From Octopus vulgaris (taxonomy: Eukaryota): a DNA stretch of 64,000 bases. The translations under genes were made by a program, and so were the position numbers. The stretch lies in the NCBI GenBank assembly GCA_951406725.2, contig OX597815.1, positions 126,728,001-126,792,000 of the forward strand. The letters are read 5' to 3'. The notes below the pieces were generated by a model. The model did no database searches, was not told where the DNA came from, and worked only from the letters and a program-made list of their open reading frames with translations. The stretch's first letter is position 1. The number at the start of each line of letters is the position of its first letter. Positions 42,733 through 55,765 of the stretch are shown one piece after another.

Positions 42733-43099
42733 ATGTGGTTGGGTAGGTTATAAAAGTGTGACAGACTTAGTGAATGGGGAAGGGAAAGACGTGTGGTGGT
42801 GCAGGAGAAGTAATTTAGTAGCTCAGCAAAGAGTGATCAATAAAAAATGTGAGTGGTGAAGACCGTGGTGGATGAAAGATTATGGTGAAACAGTTTTAGA
42901 TAGTAAGCAAGCTAAGTGTTAACAGGAAGAAATTGAAGTATATTGCTCACATTTAATTGCAACAACAGAATAGTGTAGTTAGAGAGATGATGGGTGGTGG
43001 GAAAATCTTGAGAAAAATATATGGAGCAGGGGCAGTTGTGCATCTATATGCATAATGTACTTCCAAAATTTCAGTTTCTTCAAGGTGGGTATGTCTTCT

Positions 43100-43350
43100 C
43101 AAGAATCACATATTGCCAGCCATCCTGGTCCTTTGTCATCTCTATTAGGCTCAAAATCTAGAGATAAGCCTTCACTACGATGTCCCATGTCCTTCTGGGT
43201 CTCTCTTTTTTGCAACTTCCATCCACATTAAATGAGCAACACTTCTTTATACAACTGTCTTCCCCCATGTGTATCGCATGTCCATACCAATGCAGTCTTC
43301 TTTCTTGCATATTACATCTGATTCCTCTTATGCTCACTTTGACTTTAAAC
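43100..43350 (-). mobile_element. RTE LINE 3' fragment
   Basis: Peptide IRCNMQERRLHWYGHAIHMGEDSCIKKC...RPRRTW. Confidence 0.75.
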
Positions 43351-44599
43351 ACATTTGTACTTAGTTGTTTCTACACACACCCACACACACATGCACATGC
43401 ACACACACACACACACACATATGTATGTATATCTATGCATACAGACATGTAAAAGGCACCTATTATAGTGACACATTAAAAGCATATGTGCCAATAATAC
43501 ATTAATGACATCCATCCCAGTGACATATTAAAGGTACACTCTGTGGAGTTACATTCTGTGGAGTACACTCTGTGGAGTGGTTGGCATTAGGAAGGACATC
43601 TAACCATAGAAACCAATTCAGGACAGACTGGAACCTGGTGCAGCCCACTAGCTGGCCAGTATCAGTCAAACTATCTTACCCATAACAGCATGGAAAACAG
43701 ACGCTAAAAGAATATGATGATGATGATGATGATGATGATGATATAGGCATACAGAAGTGGTCTTTTTCAGGCTGGAGTCTAGAATATTTATGTATGCAAC
43801 AGCAGCAGTAACACCATCCAAGATGTTAGAAAAATAATCCACCATAGGCCTCTTCTGAGCTACTCTACCAAATTAGCCATATATACATTTACCTGAGTTA
43901 TATTATCAAAGAAATATCTAGTGTATATGTTGAAAAATTCGCTGAATATTTCTTTGTGTCGCAGACCTTCTTAAAAATAATATTAATTAGGTCTAGTTTC
44001 AATAAGACAGAACAGATGGTAGTTGACTTTGAATCTCTCTTGAGATGCAATAATAGTGTATCATAATATTAGAAAAATATGAATTAAACATTTTGCTTAG
44101 TAACTCAATGAAACATCTGCATTTCTTATGATTTCAAGTAGATTTGTCCTTTGCCTTATCTATTGAACAGCGAATATTTCAGCTATATGTGTGTGTGTGT
44201 GTGTGTGAGTTTGTATATATATATGTTTATGAATGTAAAGTGTCTCTGTCTCCATGTAAGATAATAATGTTTGTGAAAGAGAGAGAGAGAGAGAGGGAGA
44301 GAAGGAGGGGAGAGAAAGAGTGTGTTTGTGTGGTTTCTAAGAAACAAATCTGTTAATTTCAAACAATTGTTTCTTGTTAGAAAACTGAATATCTCCACAT
44401 AGTCTGAATTTAAAGAGTATTAACCTGTTTAATCCTTCTGTTACCATAATTATTTTGAGTAGTAGTGATAATGATGATGACGATGCATATGTACATATCA
44501 TTTACTATCAGTTTGTTGTCCATAAATCAGCAATAAAAGCACACACATAAGTAACAGAGTAGGTATATTTTTATACATCAAACAATAAATATCGCTTGG

Positions 44600-44645
<46 letters not shown>

Positions 44646-46337
44646 ACATGTACATACATGTGTGTGTGTGTGTGTGTGCTCATGTTCTTAGTGATTTATT
44701 TTCAAATGCTTTGACAATTTTTCAGTAAGAGTACACAGCCACTGATGTCGCTCAAGAAACAGAAACATGTCCAGAGTTATCTTTCCAGAGCAAGGGAAAG
44801 ATAATATTAGCAAGAAAATAATTTTTTTTTTTCTTACAGCATATTTTATTCTTCTTCAGCTTTTTAATGGCTCATCCATTAAATATGCTGATATATTTGC
44901 ATACTTTTAAATTCAATATCTACATAAAAAGAAGAAATGTACTCGACACTTTTTCAACAAGTATATATTAAGCATTTAATTATGTTTTGCTGAAAAAGAA
45001 TTGAGACAAATGGCAAAATACTGTACTAGAGAAGATGTACCCAACTTTTGAAAGAAAGGAAAAGCAGATGTAAAATGATGAAAATAGAAGTGATGAGGGA
45101 GGTTTCCATCATCATTCTGTTTCTTTCTCATGAGCTTCCTCTTACCATTGCCCATCTTTATTGCCCTCCAGCAATTTCTCTCTCCCTTTTTACTCACATG
45201 ATGACCTCTTCTGTATTCATTCTTAATATTCATCATACTCTTTCCTCATCACTCTCACTCTCACTACTCTCTCTTCTAATTATCTTATCATCCTCCTATC
45301 ATTCTTTAAAACCATGTAGATACTTTAACTCTCTCTCCTCTTTCTCTGTCTTTCCCACTCTCCATTGCTCTCTCTCTCTCTCTCTCTTTTGCTTTCTTTC
45401 ATTATTCTTTACTTTATCACCATTTCACTCTGGTTCTCCCTAATCACTCTCACTGCTATCACTTTCTCTGTTATGTTGCTTCAACTCAATCTCCTTTCCA
45501 ACAACTGTTATGTAGCTGTGTATTACAATCTCACTCACATTCCCTTTTGTTACTCTTCCTTTTATCACTTTTTCACTCTTTCCCACAAAACTATGTATGA
45601 AAAAAACCAAAAAAAACCGGAATGAATGAATGGAGAAAAACAATGAAGAATGGTTTCTTTTTGGCTTTAATAGATGCTAGCTAACTTCTCTGGTGCTTGT
45701 GAATAAATGAATGGAAAAATTGCAAGGTAGAAAGGAATTTTTATTTATGCTTGAAAGAAGGTAACCCCTCTTGTGTTGGTGCCACAATAAAATGTACTGC
45801 GTACAATATGCAAAGTGATTATTGATAAGAACGAAGGCTATCCAGCCATAAAAAATGTGTAAGTGAGGCATGGTTTCTACTCCAATACATTACGGAGGAC
45901 AGTGACTCTGAATAGGAAATAGCTAAGGTCATGACAACTCACTAAAAGCATGCTGAGAAGAAAAAAGTCGACAGATGATGATAATGATGATGATGACGAC
46001 CATGATGTAAACTATGGGCACATAGATCACACAAACACTTACACACATATATGCATGCACATATACAAATGTGCACACACAAACACACCCATGTGCATAC
46101 ACTTATACAGCTTTTAAATTAGCAATATAAGAAAACTGTGTGTGTGTGTGTGTGCACATGCACATACATGTGTGTGTGTGTGTGTGTGCTCATGTTCTTA
46201 GTGATTTATCAGCAGATGTCTTTCTTTATTTGTCTTTTTGTCCTTTTGGGGGGGTCAATAAAATAAGTACCAGTCAAGTACCAAGGTGGATGTAAGTGAC
46301 CAACTCCTTCGGCCTAAAATTTAAAACGATTATAAAT

Positions 46338-46786
46338 ATTCTTTTGTACTCTAGGCACAAGGCCTGAAATTTTGGAGGAGGGGGCCAGTCGATTAGATCA
46401 ACTCCAGTATGCAACTGGTACTTAATTTATCACTCCTGAAAGGATTAAAGGCAAAGTCGACCTTGGCGGAATTTGAACTCAGAATGTAAAGAGAGATGAA
46501 ATATCACTAAGCATTTTGCCCAGCATGCTAACGTTGCTGCCAGCTTGCTGCCTTACAAATGTAAAATAATCTTTTCTACTCTAGGCACAAGGCCTGAAAT
46601 TTTGGGGGAGTTGGGGCCAGTCGATTAGATCAACCCCAGTATGCAACTAGTACTTAATTTATCAACCCCAAAAAGATGAAAGGCAAAGTCAACCTCGGTG
46701 GAATTTGAACTCAGAATGTAAAGACAGATGAGATACTGCTAAGCATTTCACCCAGTATGCTAATGTTTCTGCCAACTCACCACCTT
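46338..46786 (-). mobile_element. Two tandem tRNA-SINE copies (same family as 24057)
   Basis: 46338-46554 and 46568-46786 are highly similar, and each contains ggaatttgaactcagaa (B-box on the minus strand). Confidence 0.85.
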
Positions 46787-47728
46787 AAACAATTATGAAT
46801 ATTGATAGCATCTCTAATTTGGTTGCTAGCTATTGAATATTTTGAATGGTTTTCAAAACATACTTTAGTTGCAGAGAAGATATGAACTCTCCAAGTTGTA
46901 ATGATAGTAACTGGTCCAGGAAAGCAATCACTTGGAATAAAACCAGTGTAGTGGGGCACTTTAGTATGAGATGCAATATAAAGAACACTTTAATCTTACT
47001 AGACAACCTCTCAAGTGCTATTGGTGTAAAATCTATCCATTTTATGCAACAGATTGCTAAAGTTGTAAAAATAAAAACAAATAAGAGAAAACCTTACCCA
47101 AAAGCACAACATACATAAAAATCAATGAAAACTGCCAACTGCATGAATAGGAATGACCCTGTGATGCAGTACATAGTTGGAAGGTAGCTGATTGTGATTT
47201 TCCAGTTTGTTGGTAAAGACTTTGATACAAAACATCATAATCCTCATCAGTATTTTAATGTCCATTTTGCTATGCAGCAATGAACTGGACAGGTCTAATG
47301 TATAGCACATCATTAATTGTTGTGGTCTTTTGTTATCTTCTTGGCAAGGTTCAGCATCTTAGAACCTTATCTAAGCAAGTCTTTTCATGACATGTCCAGT
47401 CTTACACATTCACAGATACACTTTATGGACTGCACACTTTGTCCTTGTGCATTCATTGTTCATTTATGTACTATTTATGTACTATTTCCATAAAGCCCTA
47501 CCAGTAGAGACATGTCTTCTGCTGATGCTTTTAATGCCCAGAAATTAAATGCAATGTTACCTCTAATCTCTCAATTTCTCTCTCTCCTCTCTCTCTTTCT
47601 CTCCACCCCACTCTCTGTCTCTCTCTCATACATGCATTTTATACTTAGAAATGATAACAACATCAACAACAACAATAGCAACGACAAAATGGATTGACAA
47701 TTCAGAAGAGAATTTGATTAAGCCTTAC

Positions 47729-47855
47729 CTATAATGGAGATTGGTTTGCGAGCAAAACGTATGCGTCCTCTGAGGCCCATGTATTTACTGCGACATCCAG
47801 CAGACCACAAACGTACTATATATTCTATCCCAAAGAATAAAACCAACACAATTTC
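47729..47855 (-). CDS. KCNQ1: Internal coding exon (127 bp) of a KCNQ1/Kv7.1-type voltage-gated K+ channel, S2 and S2-S3 loop (equivalent to vertebrate exon 3)
   Basis: The minus strand reads ttttgtttttgcAG|GAAATTGTG...TCCATTATAG|GTaagg. It translates to [42 protein letters not shown], compared with human KCNQ1 [42 protein letters not shown] (from memory). CRSKY and KPISII are KCNQ1-type rather than KCNQ2-5-type. Splice sites are canonical; phase 0 start, phase 1 end. Confidence 0.96.
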
Positions 47856-49499
47856 CTGCAAAAACAAAAGAAAAATTCATTTTTAATTTAATTTGAGATT
47901 AAGCATTCTCTGAAAAATATAAATTTTCTCTTACAGAATAGCTGGTCTCTACTCACAATAGTTGGGTGAGTTGTGGTTAAAGTAAAATATGTGTTCTGAC
48001 TTGAAATTTAGAGGTAAACAGGTTAATAGTGCTTTGCTATTTAAGGGTCAGTAAATTATCTTTTAAATTTAGCCATTTACATGAATTAATAATTATCATA
48101 GGAATACCATTATATTGGAGATTTCTGAAGCAGAATAATCTATAAAAAATATCTTTACAATATCAAGTAAGATGTAATATCTGCTCCTTCATTTCAAAAG
48201 ATATCAGAAATTGTCAGAAGGCAATGAGAAAGCAAGCCATTACATCTGGTTGAAGAGAAAGGGCAAGTGGTGCAGCAGGAATGAGCATTGAGGCAGATAG
48301 CAACATCTGGCTCAGAATTACAACTGTTGAATCAATAAAGCTCTTACTGTTGTGCAGAAATTTTGTCACTGATATAGATGGATGACCCCATGCAGCTTTG
48401 GTGTCATGGTGGAAGGAGCCAAAACACTTACAGAGCTGCTTCACCATCTGATGAGATACTGATTCCTGCATTTGGAGACTGAGTACTGCAGCACCCTTAG
48501 CATGCAAATGTTTGCTTCAAAACATTCGAATCTAAACCTAGTCAGACAGTCTTCCTGATTTCCCAGAAATTTTAGACTTGGCACTCAACAAAATTTATAT
48601 TGGGAATTGAGAAATCCTTAATTAAATTTTAGTCAGACTAAACTGATCAGCTTATCAGATTAAAGATAAGTTGCCAGCACAGAATTATGCTGTTTACAAA
48701 TGCTTGCACACAATAGTACTAATTTAGGTGTTGTTTGAGTAATTTTACCAATTTTCCCTCATCAAAACAACACACAGAGAGAAAAGAAAGACAAAGACAA
48801 AGGTTGTTTCAATTAATGAAGTACAGCAAATTTTAGAAGATCCTAATAAAGATCAACAGGCATTTCATCATTTCTATGTGGATGACGATTAGAAATCGGT
48901 TGAAGATAGAAGATTTCAAGTGGAATGTTATAATGATATCTTAAATGAGAAGTGTAGTTCTTGGCTACCTGATGGTGGTGATGTAATACTGGTATTAAGC
49001 TCACAAGTTGTCAGCTCCAGATAACACCCTCAATTTTAATATGTTTCTGTTCAGTAGTTTTAAATCAATCTTATTTAATTTAATCTATGTGAATTTTTAC
49101 ATGCTCACTGTGTGGAACTCAAGTATTCAGACATTAGTTAGTCTCTGTGTTCAGAGCTGACAGGAAAATTTAAACAAACACTGAGGTCTCTCTTTTCCTT
49201 TATACTCTTATTGGTTTTAGCAAGAGGATGTGGCCATGCTGGGGCTGTCAGTATTGTTTATTTCAAACTCATTTTCTGACTGTCTCTATAGATTTAGTCC
49301 TGATGAAGTGGTGAGTTGGATAAAGCTACCCTTCTTTTCATTTCTTGTTGTGATGTAGGTTCATCTAATATATCAAATAAAAATTTGTCTAAATGTTCTT
49401 TGAATACATTCACATCTATGCCTTGTAGTTCTCTGAGTTTTTTTTGGCCAGGTATTGAAAAGTTGAGGGCCCTTGAACCTTAAGTGAGTGTGTGCGTGT

Positions 49500-49536
<37 letters not shown>

Positions 49537-50842
49537 TTTATATATATATAAAAAGCTGGCCAAAAGTCACCTGACAGTAAATCAAAACCATTCAATTTCA
49601 AGATTTATCAGTGTTTAACAACTGAATGAATTTAATAAAAGCATCTAAATATGAAACATGAAAAATGTTCAAACTGAAATCCTTCTTGAGCGACACATTT
49701 TCCATTCAAGTCAATACAAAATTACAGATAGTATTTATGGAATTTTGATTTACTGTTGGCTGACTTTTGGCCAGCAGGGATTAGTAAATATTGCCAGTCT
49801 CAGTAATTGTCTAATACTTTACTTTATTGACCTCAGAGGGATGAAAGGCAAAGTTGACCGGATAGAATTTGAACTCAGAATGTAAAGAGTCATAAGAATG
49901 CTGCAAGGTATTTTGTTTGATATTCTAATCATTCTGCCAATTCATCACATTAATAGATATAATATCCTAATATATTTTCCTTTATAAAAAAATGTTTTCT
50001 ACATCTAACTTAGATATTAGAACAATGGGGAGGGAAAAAGTTAATTAAATTGACTCATGTTCATTGGACTGGTTTCAATTAAGAAATTCTAGAAGGATGG
50101 ATGATGAAATCAACCTCAGTAGGATTCAAAAACAAAATGTAAAGTGATGCACCCAAATAGTAACAGTCACACTGGTGTTCTACCAAATCTCTGCTGATTC
50201 TGTCATCTACTACACTTTTGTATAGGGAATAATGAATTTATATGTGCAAGCATTGTGTTATTTTCTACTGAAATGTATACATCTAACTTCATTCCTTCAG
50301 TGTACCAAGTTAAAAGGGAGTCAGCAACATATCACAGCTGTTAATCATTTTGTTAGGAGTTAAATCTCTCTATTGATGCTATGGAAACCAGAGCTGAATA
50401 ACAGTTTTATGAGTTATTTATCTTAATCTAGCGATAAGATGGTTAGAGTCTTCATAATTATATTTCCTGCCAGCTGTACTTTACTAACTACTGTGACAGA
50501 ATCTGCTTCTTCAAACAGGTCTGTTGTGATTCTGCTAATTCCAGCCAAGTTCACTGAAAGCATGGAGGAACACTTGAAAGATAAATTACCATTTAGGCAT
50601 TTGATAAGCTCTGAAATATGTCTTAACAAATTCCAATTATTCATCCTGTGTGGACACATTGTCATCATCATTCTTACCATCATTACCATCAACATCATCA
50701 TCATCATCATCTCTGTTATTACTTGATATGGTAACATGTAACTACATCTGGTTATGCAGAGCCTTTTGTTTACACAAAAATCATGCAAAATATCAAAACA
50801 TGTCAAAATGCTGGATATACCCATCATGGTGGACTGCAAGCA

Positions 50843-50879
<37 letters not shown>

Positions 50880-50886
<7 letters not shown>

Positions 50887-51165
50887 ATCACGTGACCGAC
50901 CAGACCATCAGATGTTGTTACACATCGCTGGTCACAATGCGTTCGCACTGTTTTAGCCTTCGAATGAAGCAACCCCGCTGGCTAAGCAAGCAGGCCAACA
51001 GAAGAAAGAGTGGGAGAAAGAGTGGTGAAAGAGTACAGCAGGGATCACCCCCTCCTGCCGGAGCGTCGTGGAGCTTTTAGGTGTTTTCGCTCAATAAACA
51101 CTCACAACGCCCGGTCTGGGAATCGAAACCGCGATCCGACGATCACGAGTCCGCTGCCCTAACAC
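50880..51165 (-). mobile_element. tRNA-derived SINE of a second family
   Basis: Minus-strand head gttagggcagcggactcg...cggtttcgattcccagaccgggcg. A related head is present at 32122-32500 (+) and 12295-12650 (-). Confidence 0.8.
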
Positions 51166-51708
51166 ACACATAAAAGTAAATGAAGTGTAATGTTTATAAT
51201 ATTACAGTTATTTCATGGTCTACAATAATTTCAACAACTTGCTGGTGACAAATCAAATATTATGTCTATAGACTTGGATGATCATGACAATTTAGTCATG
51301 CATCTTATATAATGTATGTTACTTTATAACACCAGAAGTCATTTAATCATAACTAACCAGAAAAATATCATACACTAGCAGAGATACACAGCATTGCTCA
51401 GAAATAAAATGGCATTGTTTTACTTGTTTTGGTCATGTAACTGTGGCCATGCTGGAGCATTACCTTTAGTCAAAGAAACTGACCACAGGATTCATTCTTT
51501 GCAAGCCTAGTACTTATTCTATCAGTGTATTTTGGCAAGCAGCTAAGGCATGTAGAAACAGCAAAATTGGCTGTCAAGTGATGGTGAGGGTACAAGCACA
51601 TACACACACACACATGTGTATATATATACACATATATACATGCATATATATTTACATATATATATATATATATACATGCAGATATATACATATATAAATA
51701 TATATATA

Positions 51709-52103
51709 CTAGCAGTATCGCCCGGCGTTGCTCGGGTTTGTAAGGGAAATAATTATATAAGCATTTTTAGAGATGTAAAGTATAATAGCCATCTCAATAT
51801 GGCTAACCACAAAGGGGGAGGGGTGTTACTATAGCTTTTTACGTTCTGAGATTTAATAATAAATTTTAGAGAGTTACTTCCCTTATATATGTCAAAAATG
51901 GATTAAAAATGGGAAAAATTGATGGTAAATTTTTTTTTAAATCGTAGACTCATCGTAGACGCGCGCTAATACCCAGACGGTCTCGATATGAATCACGACT
52001 ATAAGATACCCGGTTTTGGTTAAACTGCACCGCAAAATGTGGGAGTAGTTAGGAATCTAAATCGTAGGAGACAGACACACAACCTCACTTTTATATATAA
52101 AGA
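51709..52103 (-). mobile_element. Complete non-autonomous Helitron (395 bp)
   Basis: The minus strand begins with TC (a|tctttatatataaaag) and ends with the hairpin cccgagcaacgccggg followed by ...CTAG|t. It is inserted between A and T with no TSD. Confidence 0.88.
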
Positions 52104-52204
52104 TTTCCTCTATTTACATAATATTGAGGTCTCTTTATTTCTTTTGTTATCTTACTATTTTTACCAATATACATATATATATATATATAAATATATATAT
52201 AGTT

Positions 52205-52506
52205 ACAGAGATGTACTTGCATAGCAAGTGACTTGATCTGAGATCGTGTGCTGGAACGAAAACAGTTGCAGCGTTGAAGGTGTTTATAAGCCATTTAAGA
52301 AACACACAAAAACCGTCAGATTCACTTCAACATTTAAATTTAATTTGTCAAAATATTTTCATCGCTTTGAGACCGCGACCTGTTAGCACGATATTTTTGT
52401 CTCAAAGCGACGAAAATATTTTGGCAAATTAAATTTAAATGTTGAAGTGAATGTAACGGTTTTTGTGTGTTTCTTAAATGGCTTACAAACACCTTCCACG
52501 CTGCAA
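52205..52506. repeat. Divergent fold-back (arms about 52266-52373 and 52399-52506) of an interspersed repeat containing a 3' hammerhead half
   Basis: The arms are near-perfect reverse complements. On its outward-reading strand each arm carries gcga(c/t)-GAAA-atat-TT. Confidence 0.7.
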
Positions 52507-53139
52507 TATATATATACACATATATATATATGTATGTATGTATGTATGTGTGTATATGCGTATGCATGTATGTGTGTGTGTGTGCGTGTCTGTGCTTGTG
52601 ATTGTCCTCCACCACTGCTTGACAACGAATGTTGGTTTGTTTACATCCCTGTCACCTAGTGGTTTGACAAAGGAAACAGATAGAATAAGTACAATGCTTA
52701 CAAAAATAAAAGTGGAGTTGATTCATTAAACTACAATTCTTCAAGGCATTGCCCCAGCATGGCCACAGACCAATGGCTGGAAAAAGCAGAAGAATAAAAG
52801 AATACATTCTCTGCTTTGGTCTTATGTTCAAGGCATGAGAAAGCTTGAGTTTACATGAGAAGGCCTAACAGACCTGGTAGAAACAGCAGCCAAATCTCCC
52901 TCAAATCACACCTTACTGTCTTATGTATGTATATATATATGAGCCAATGAGGGGGACCTCTACATGGTAGCTAGACCTGGTAGAAATAGCAGCCAAATTT
53001 CCCCCAAATCACACCTTACTGTCTTATCTATGTATATATGTATGTATGAGCCTATGAGGGAGACCCCTACATGGCAGCTAGACATGGTAGAAATAGCAGC
53101 CAAATCTCCCTCAAATCACACCTTACTGTCTTATCTTTC

Positions 53140-53643
53140 TGCTACTTGGATATAGGTGTTATATTCGTCGTAAAAAACTTTCCTGTCACACACTCACGCA
53201 CACACACACACACACACACGCACCCTCACACACACACACACGCGCACACCCACACACACACACTCACACACACGCACGTTAGCTTACAATTTTATTTATA
53301 TATTTGCGTGTCTATGTGTGGAAAGAGGAAGTGGGAGGCGGAGTGAAAGAATCACTCACTACAGTAAGTCAATTACTTTCATTTTATTCGTTGCCCACTG
53401 TGTGTGTGCGTTTGCGTGTGGTGTAAACCAGACTAAGAAAAGCATTTGACACACACACCAGAATGTGAGTTTTCTGTAAATTTTGCTTAATTGGAGTTTA
53501 AATTTTAAAAACTGGACCTGGCATGACGCGATGCATTGTACTCTCAAAAATGCTAGGTAAATTGTAATTGAAGAAATCCTATATTGTAGATTTGTATAAC
53601 TCCCAAAGGGAGGCAGATAAAATCTGCCTTTTATAATAAGAGA
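53140..53643 (-). mobile_element. Helitron-like element, 5' end present and 3' CTAG end not seen
   Basis: The minus strand starts a|tctcttattataaaag, similar to the 51709-52103 terminus, and has a subterminal hairpin aggcagat-ttt-atctgcct. Confidence 0.5.
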
Positions 53644-53752
53644 TACATATATGTAAATATATATACATACATACATATATATATATACATATATATATAT
53701 ATACACACACATATATATATATATACTATATATACATATGTATATATATATA

Positions 53753-53945
53753 CTCTTTTACTTGTTTCAGTCATTTGACTGCGGCCATGCTGGAGCACCG
53801 CCTTTAGTCGAGCAAATCGACCTCAGGACTTATTCTTTGTAAGCCCAGTACTTATTCTATTGGTCTCTTTTGCCGAACCGCTAAGTGACAGGGACGTAAA
53901 CACACCAGCATCGGTTGTCAAGCAATGCTAGGGGGACAAACACAG
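53753..53945 (-). mobile_element. SINE 3' module shared with 63283-63670, 61905-62070 and 51420-51600
   Basis: Recurring ttttacttgtttcagtcatttgactgcggccatgctggagcacc. The matching tRNA-like head lies at 55930-56095, on the far side of the hammerhead array. Confidence 0.75.
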
Positions 53946-53950
53946 ACACA

Positions 53951-54032
<82 letters not shown>

Positions 54033-54252
54033 TCAATATAGGGTGGCAAAAAAATTTTGTAGAATTCTTTTGCCACCAGCGGCCTAGTGGGAAAAAATTA
54101 AATAGTCATAAACCATCTTTAAGTTCAACATCACAATCAAGGAACGGCCATAATAGGCCATTCACCCACTAGAAATAACAGCCAAAAGCTTTAACCGCAA
54201 AATAACGTCAATTCCGTAAACCAGGAGAAAATTGAAAAACATTTACCCTGTA

Positions 54253-54359
54253 ATTTCTTAGACGATACACCGTTTCATCTTCTGTTTAATGGAAAACTAA
54301 CCTGATTAAATTAAATCAAGCCAATCTACCGTAGGCCCTTAGATTCATCAGTAAGAAAT
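54253..54359 (-). ncRNA. Type-I hammerhead ribozyme motif, copy 1 (KCNQ1-sense strand)
   Basis: Minus strand: atttctta-CTGATGA-atct...agat-GAAA-cgg tgta tcg-TC|taagaaat. Stem I is a perfect 8 bp, the stem II base is atct/agat, and stem III is acgg/tcgt. Predicted GUC cleavage lies between 54261 and 54260. Confidence 0.85.
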
Positions 54360-54743
54360 AGCCAAGCCGGAACAGATATTTTTCACGAGGCATTCTCGTT
54401 GCTACCTTCGTCAATATCTGACCTAAAATTTTCAAATCGTCGCACTCGCGCCAAATTTATCGGCAGCAAATAAATATAAGCCGCCGATTCCATTACGGAA
54501 TTAACCAGAAAATTCATAATTAATCAATATAGGGTGGCAAAAAAATTTTGTAGAATTCTTTTGCCACCAGCGGCCTAGTGGGAAAAAATTAAATAGTCAT
54601 AAACCATTTTTAAGTTCAACATCACAATCAAGGAACGGCCATAATAGGCCATTCACCCACTAGAAATAACAGCCAAAAGCTTTAACCGCAAAATAACGTC
54701 AATTCCGTAAACCAGGAGAAAATTGAAAAACATTTACCCTGTA

Positions 54744-54850
54744 ATTTCTTAGACGATGCACCGTTTCATCTTCTGTTTAATGGAAAACTAACCTGATTAA
54801 ATTAAATCAAGCCAATCTACCGTAGGCCCTTAGATTCATCAGTAAGAAAT
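54744..54850 (-). ncRNA. Type-I hammerhead ribozyme motif, copy 2 (KCNQ1-sense strand)
   Basis: Same as copy 1 but with a palindromic stem-III loop (tgca). Stem I is perfect. Predicted cleavage lies between 54752 and 54751. Confidence 0.85.
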
Positions 54851-55167
54851 AGCCAAGCCGGAACAGATATTTTTCACGAGGCATTCTCGTTGCTACCTCG
54901 TCAATATCTGACCTAAAATTTTCAAATCGTCGCACTCGCGCCAAATTTATCGGCAGCAAATAAATATAAGCCGCCGATTCCATTACGAATTAACCAGAAA
55001 ATTCATAATTAATCAATATCTGGTTAATTCCGTAATGGAATCGGCGGCTTATATTTATTTGCTGCCGATAAATTTGGCGCGAGTGCGACGATTTGAAAAT
55101 TTTAGGTCAGATATTGACGAGGTAGCAACGAGAATGCCTCGTGAAAAATATCTGTTCCGGCTTGGCT

Positions 55168-55274
55168 ATTTGTTACTGATGAATCTAAGGGCCTACGGTA
55201 GATTGGCTTGATTTAATTTAATCAGGTTAGTTTTCCATTAAACAGAAGATGAAACGGTGCATCGTCTAAGAAAT
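55168..55274 (+). ncRNA. Type-I hammerhead ribozyme motif, copy 3
   Basis: atttgtta-CTGATGA(55176-55182)-atct...agat-GAAA(55251-55254)-cggtgcatcg-TC|taagaaat. One G:G mismatch in stem I; predicted cleavage after 55266. Confidence 0.8.
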
Positions 55275-55658
55275 TACAGGGTAAATGTTTTTCAATTTTC
55301 TCCTGGTTTACGGAATTGACGTTATTTTGCGGTTAAAGCTTTTGGCTGTTATTTCTAGTGGGTGAATGGCCTATTATGGCCGTTCCTTGATTGTGATGTT
55401 GAACTTAAAAATGGTTTATGACTATTTAATTTTTTCCCACTAGGCCGCTGGTGGCAAAAGAATTCTACAAAATTTTTTTTGCCACCCTATATTGATTAAT
55501 TATGAATTTTCTGGTTAATTCCGTAATGGAATCGGCGGCTTATATTTATTTGCTGCCGATAAATTTGGCGCGAGTGCGACGATTTGAAAATTTTAGGTCA
55601 GATATTGACGAGGTAGCAACGAGAATGCCTCGTGAAAAATATCTGTTCCGGCTTGGCT

Positions 55659-55765
55659 ATTTGTTACTGATGAATCTAAGGGCCTACGGTAGATTGGCTT
55701 GATTTAATTTAATCAGGTTAGTTTTCCATTAAACAGAAGATGAAACGGTGCATCGTCTAAGAAAT
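55659..55765 (+). ncRNA. Type-I hammerhead ribozyme motif, copy 4
   Basis: Identical to copy 3 and 491 nt downstream; predicted cleavage after 55757. Confidence 0.8.

Noticed and set aside
50880-50895. Tandem E-box palindrome tcacgtgatcacgtga
   Set aside because: It lies at the terminus of a SINE copy, with no independent evidence of regulatory function.
55502-55702. 66-aa ORF inside the hammerhead array
   Set aside because: It is short, has no recognisable domain, starts at TTA and overlaps the ribozyme core. It is most likely incidental.
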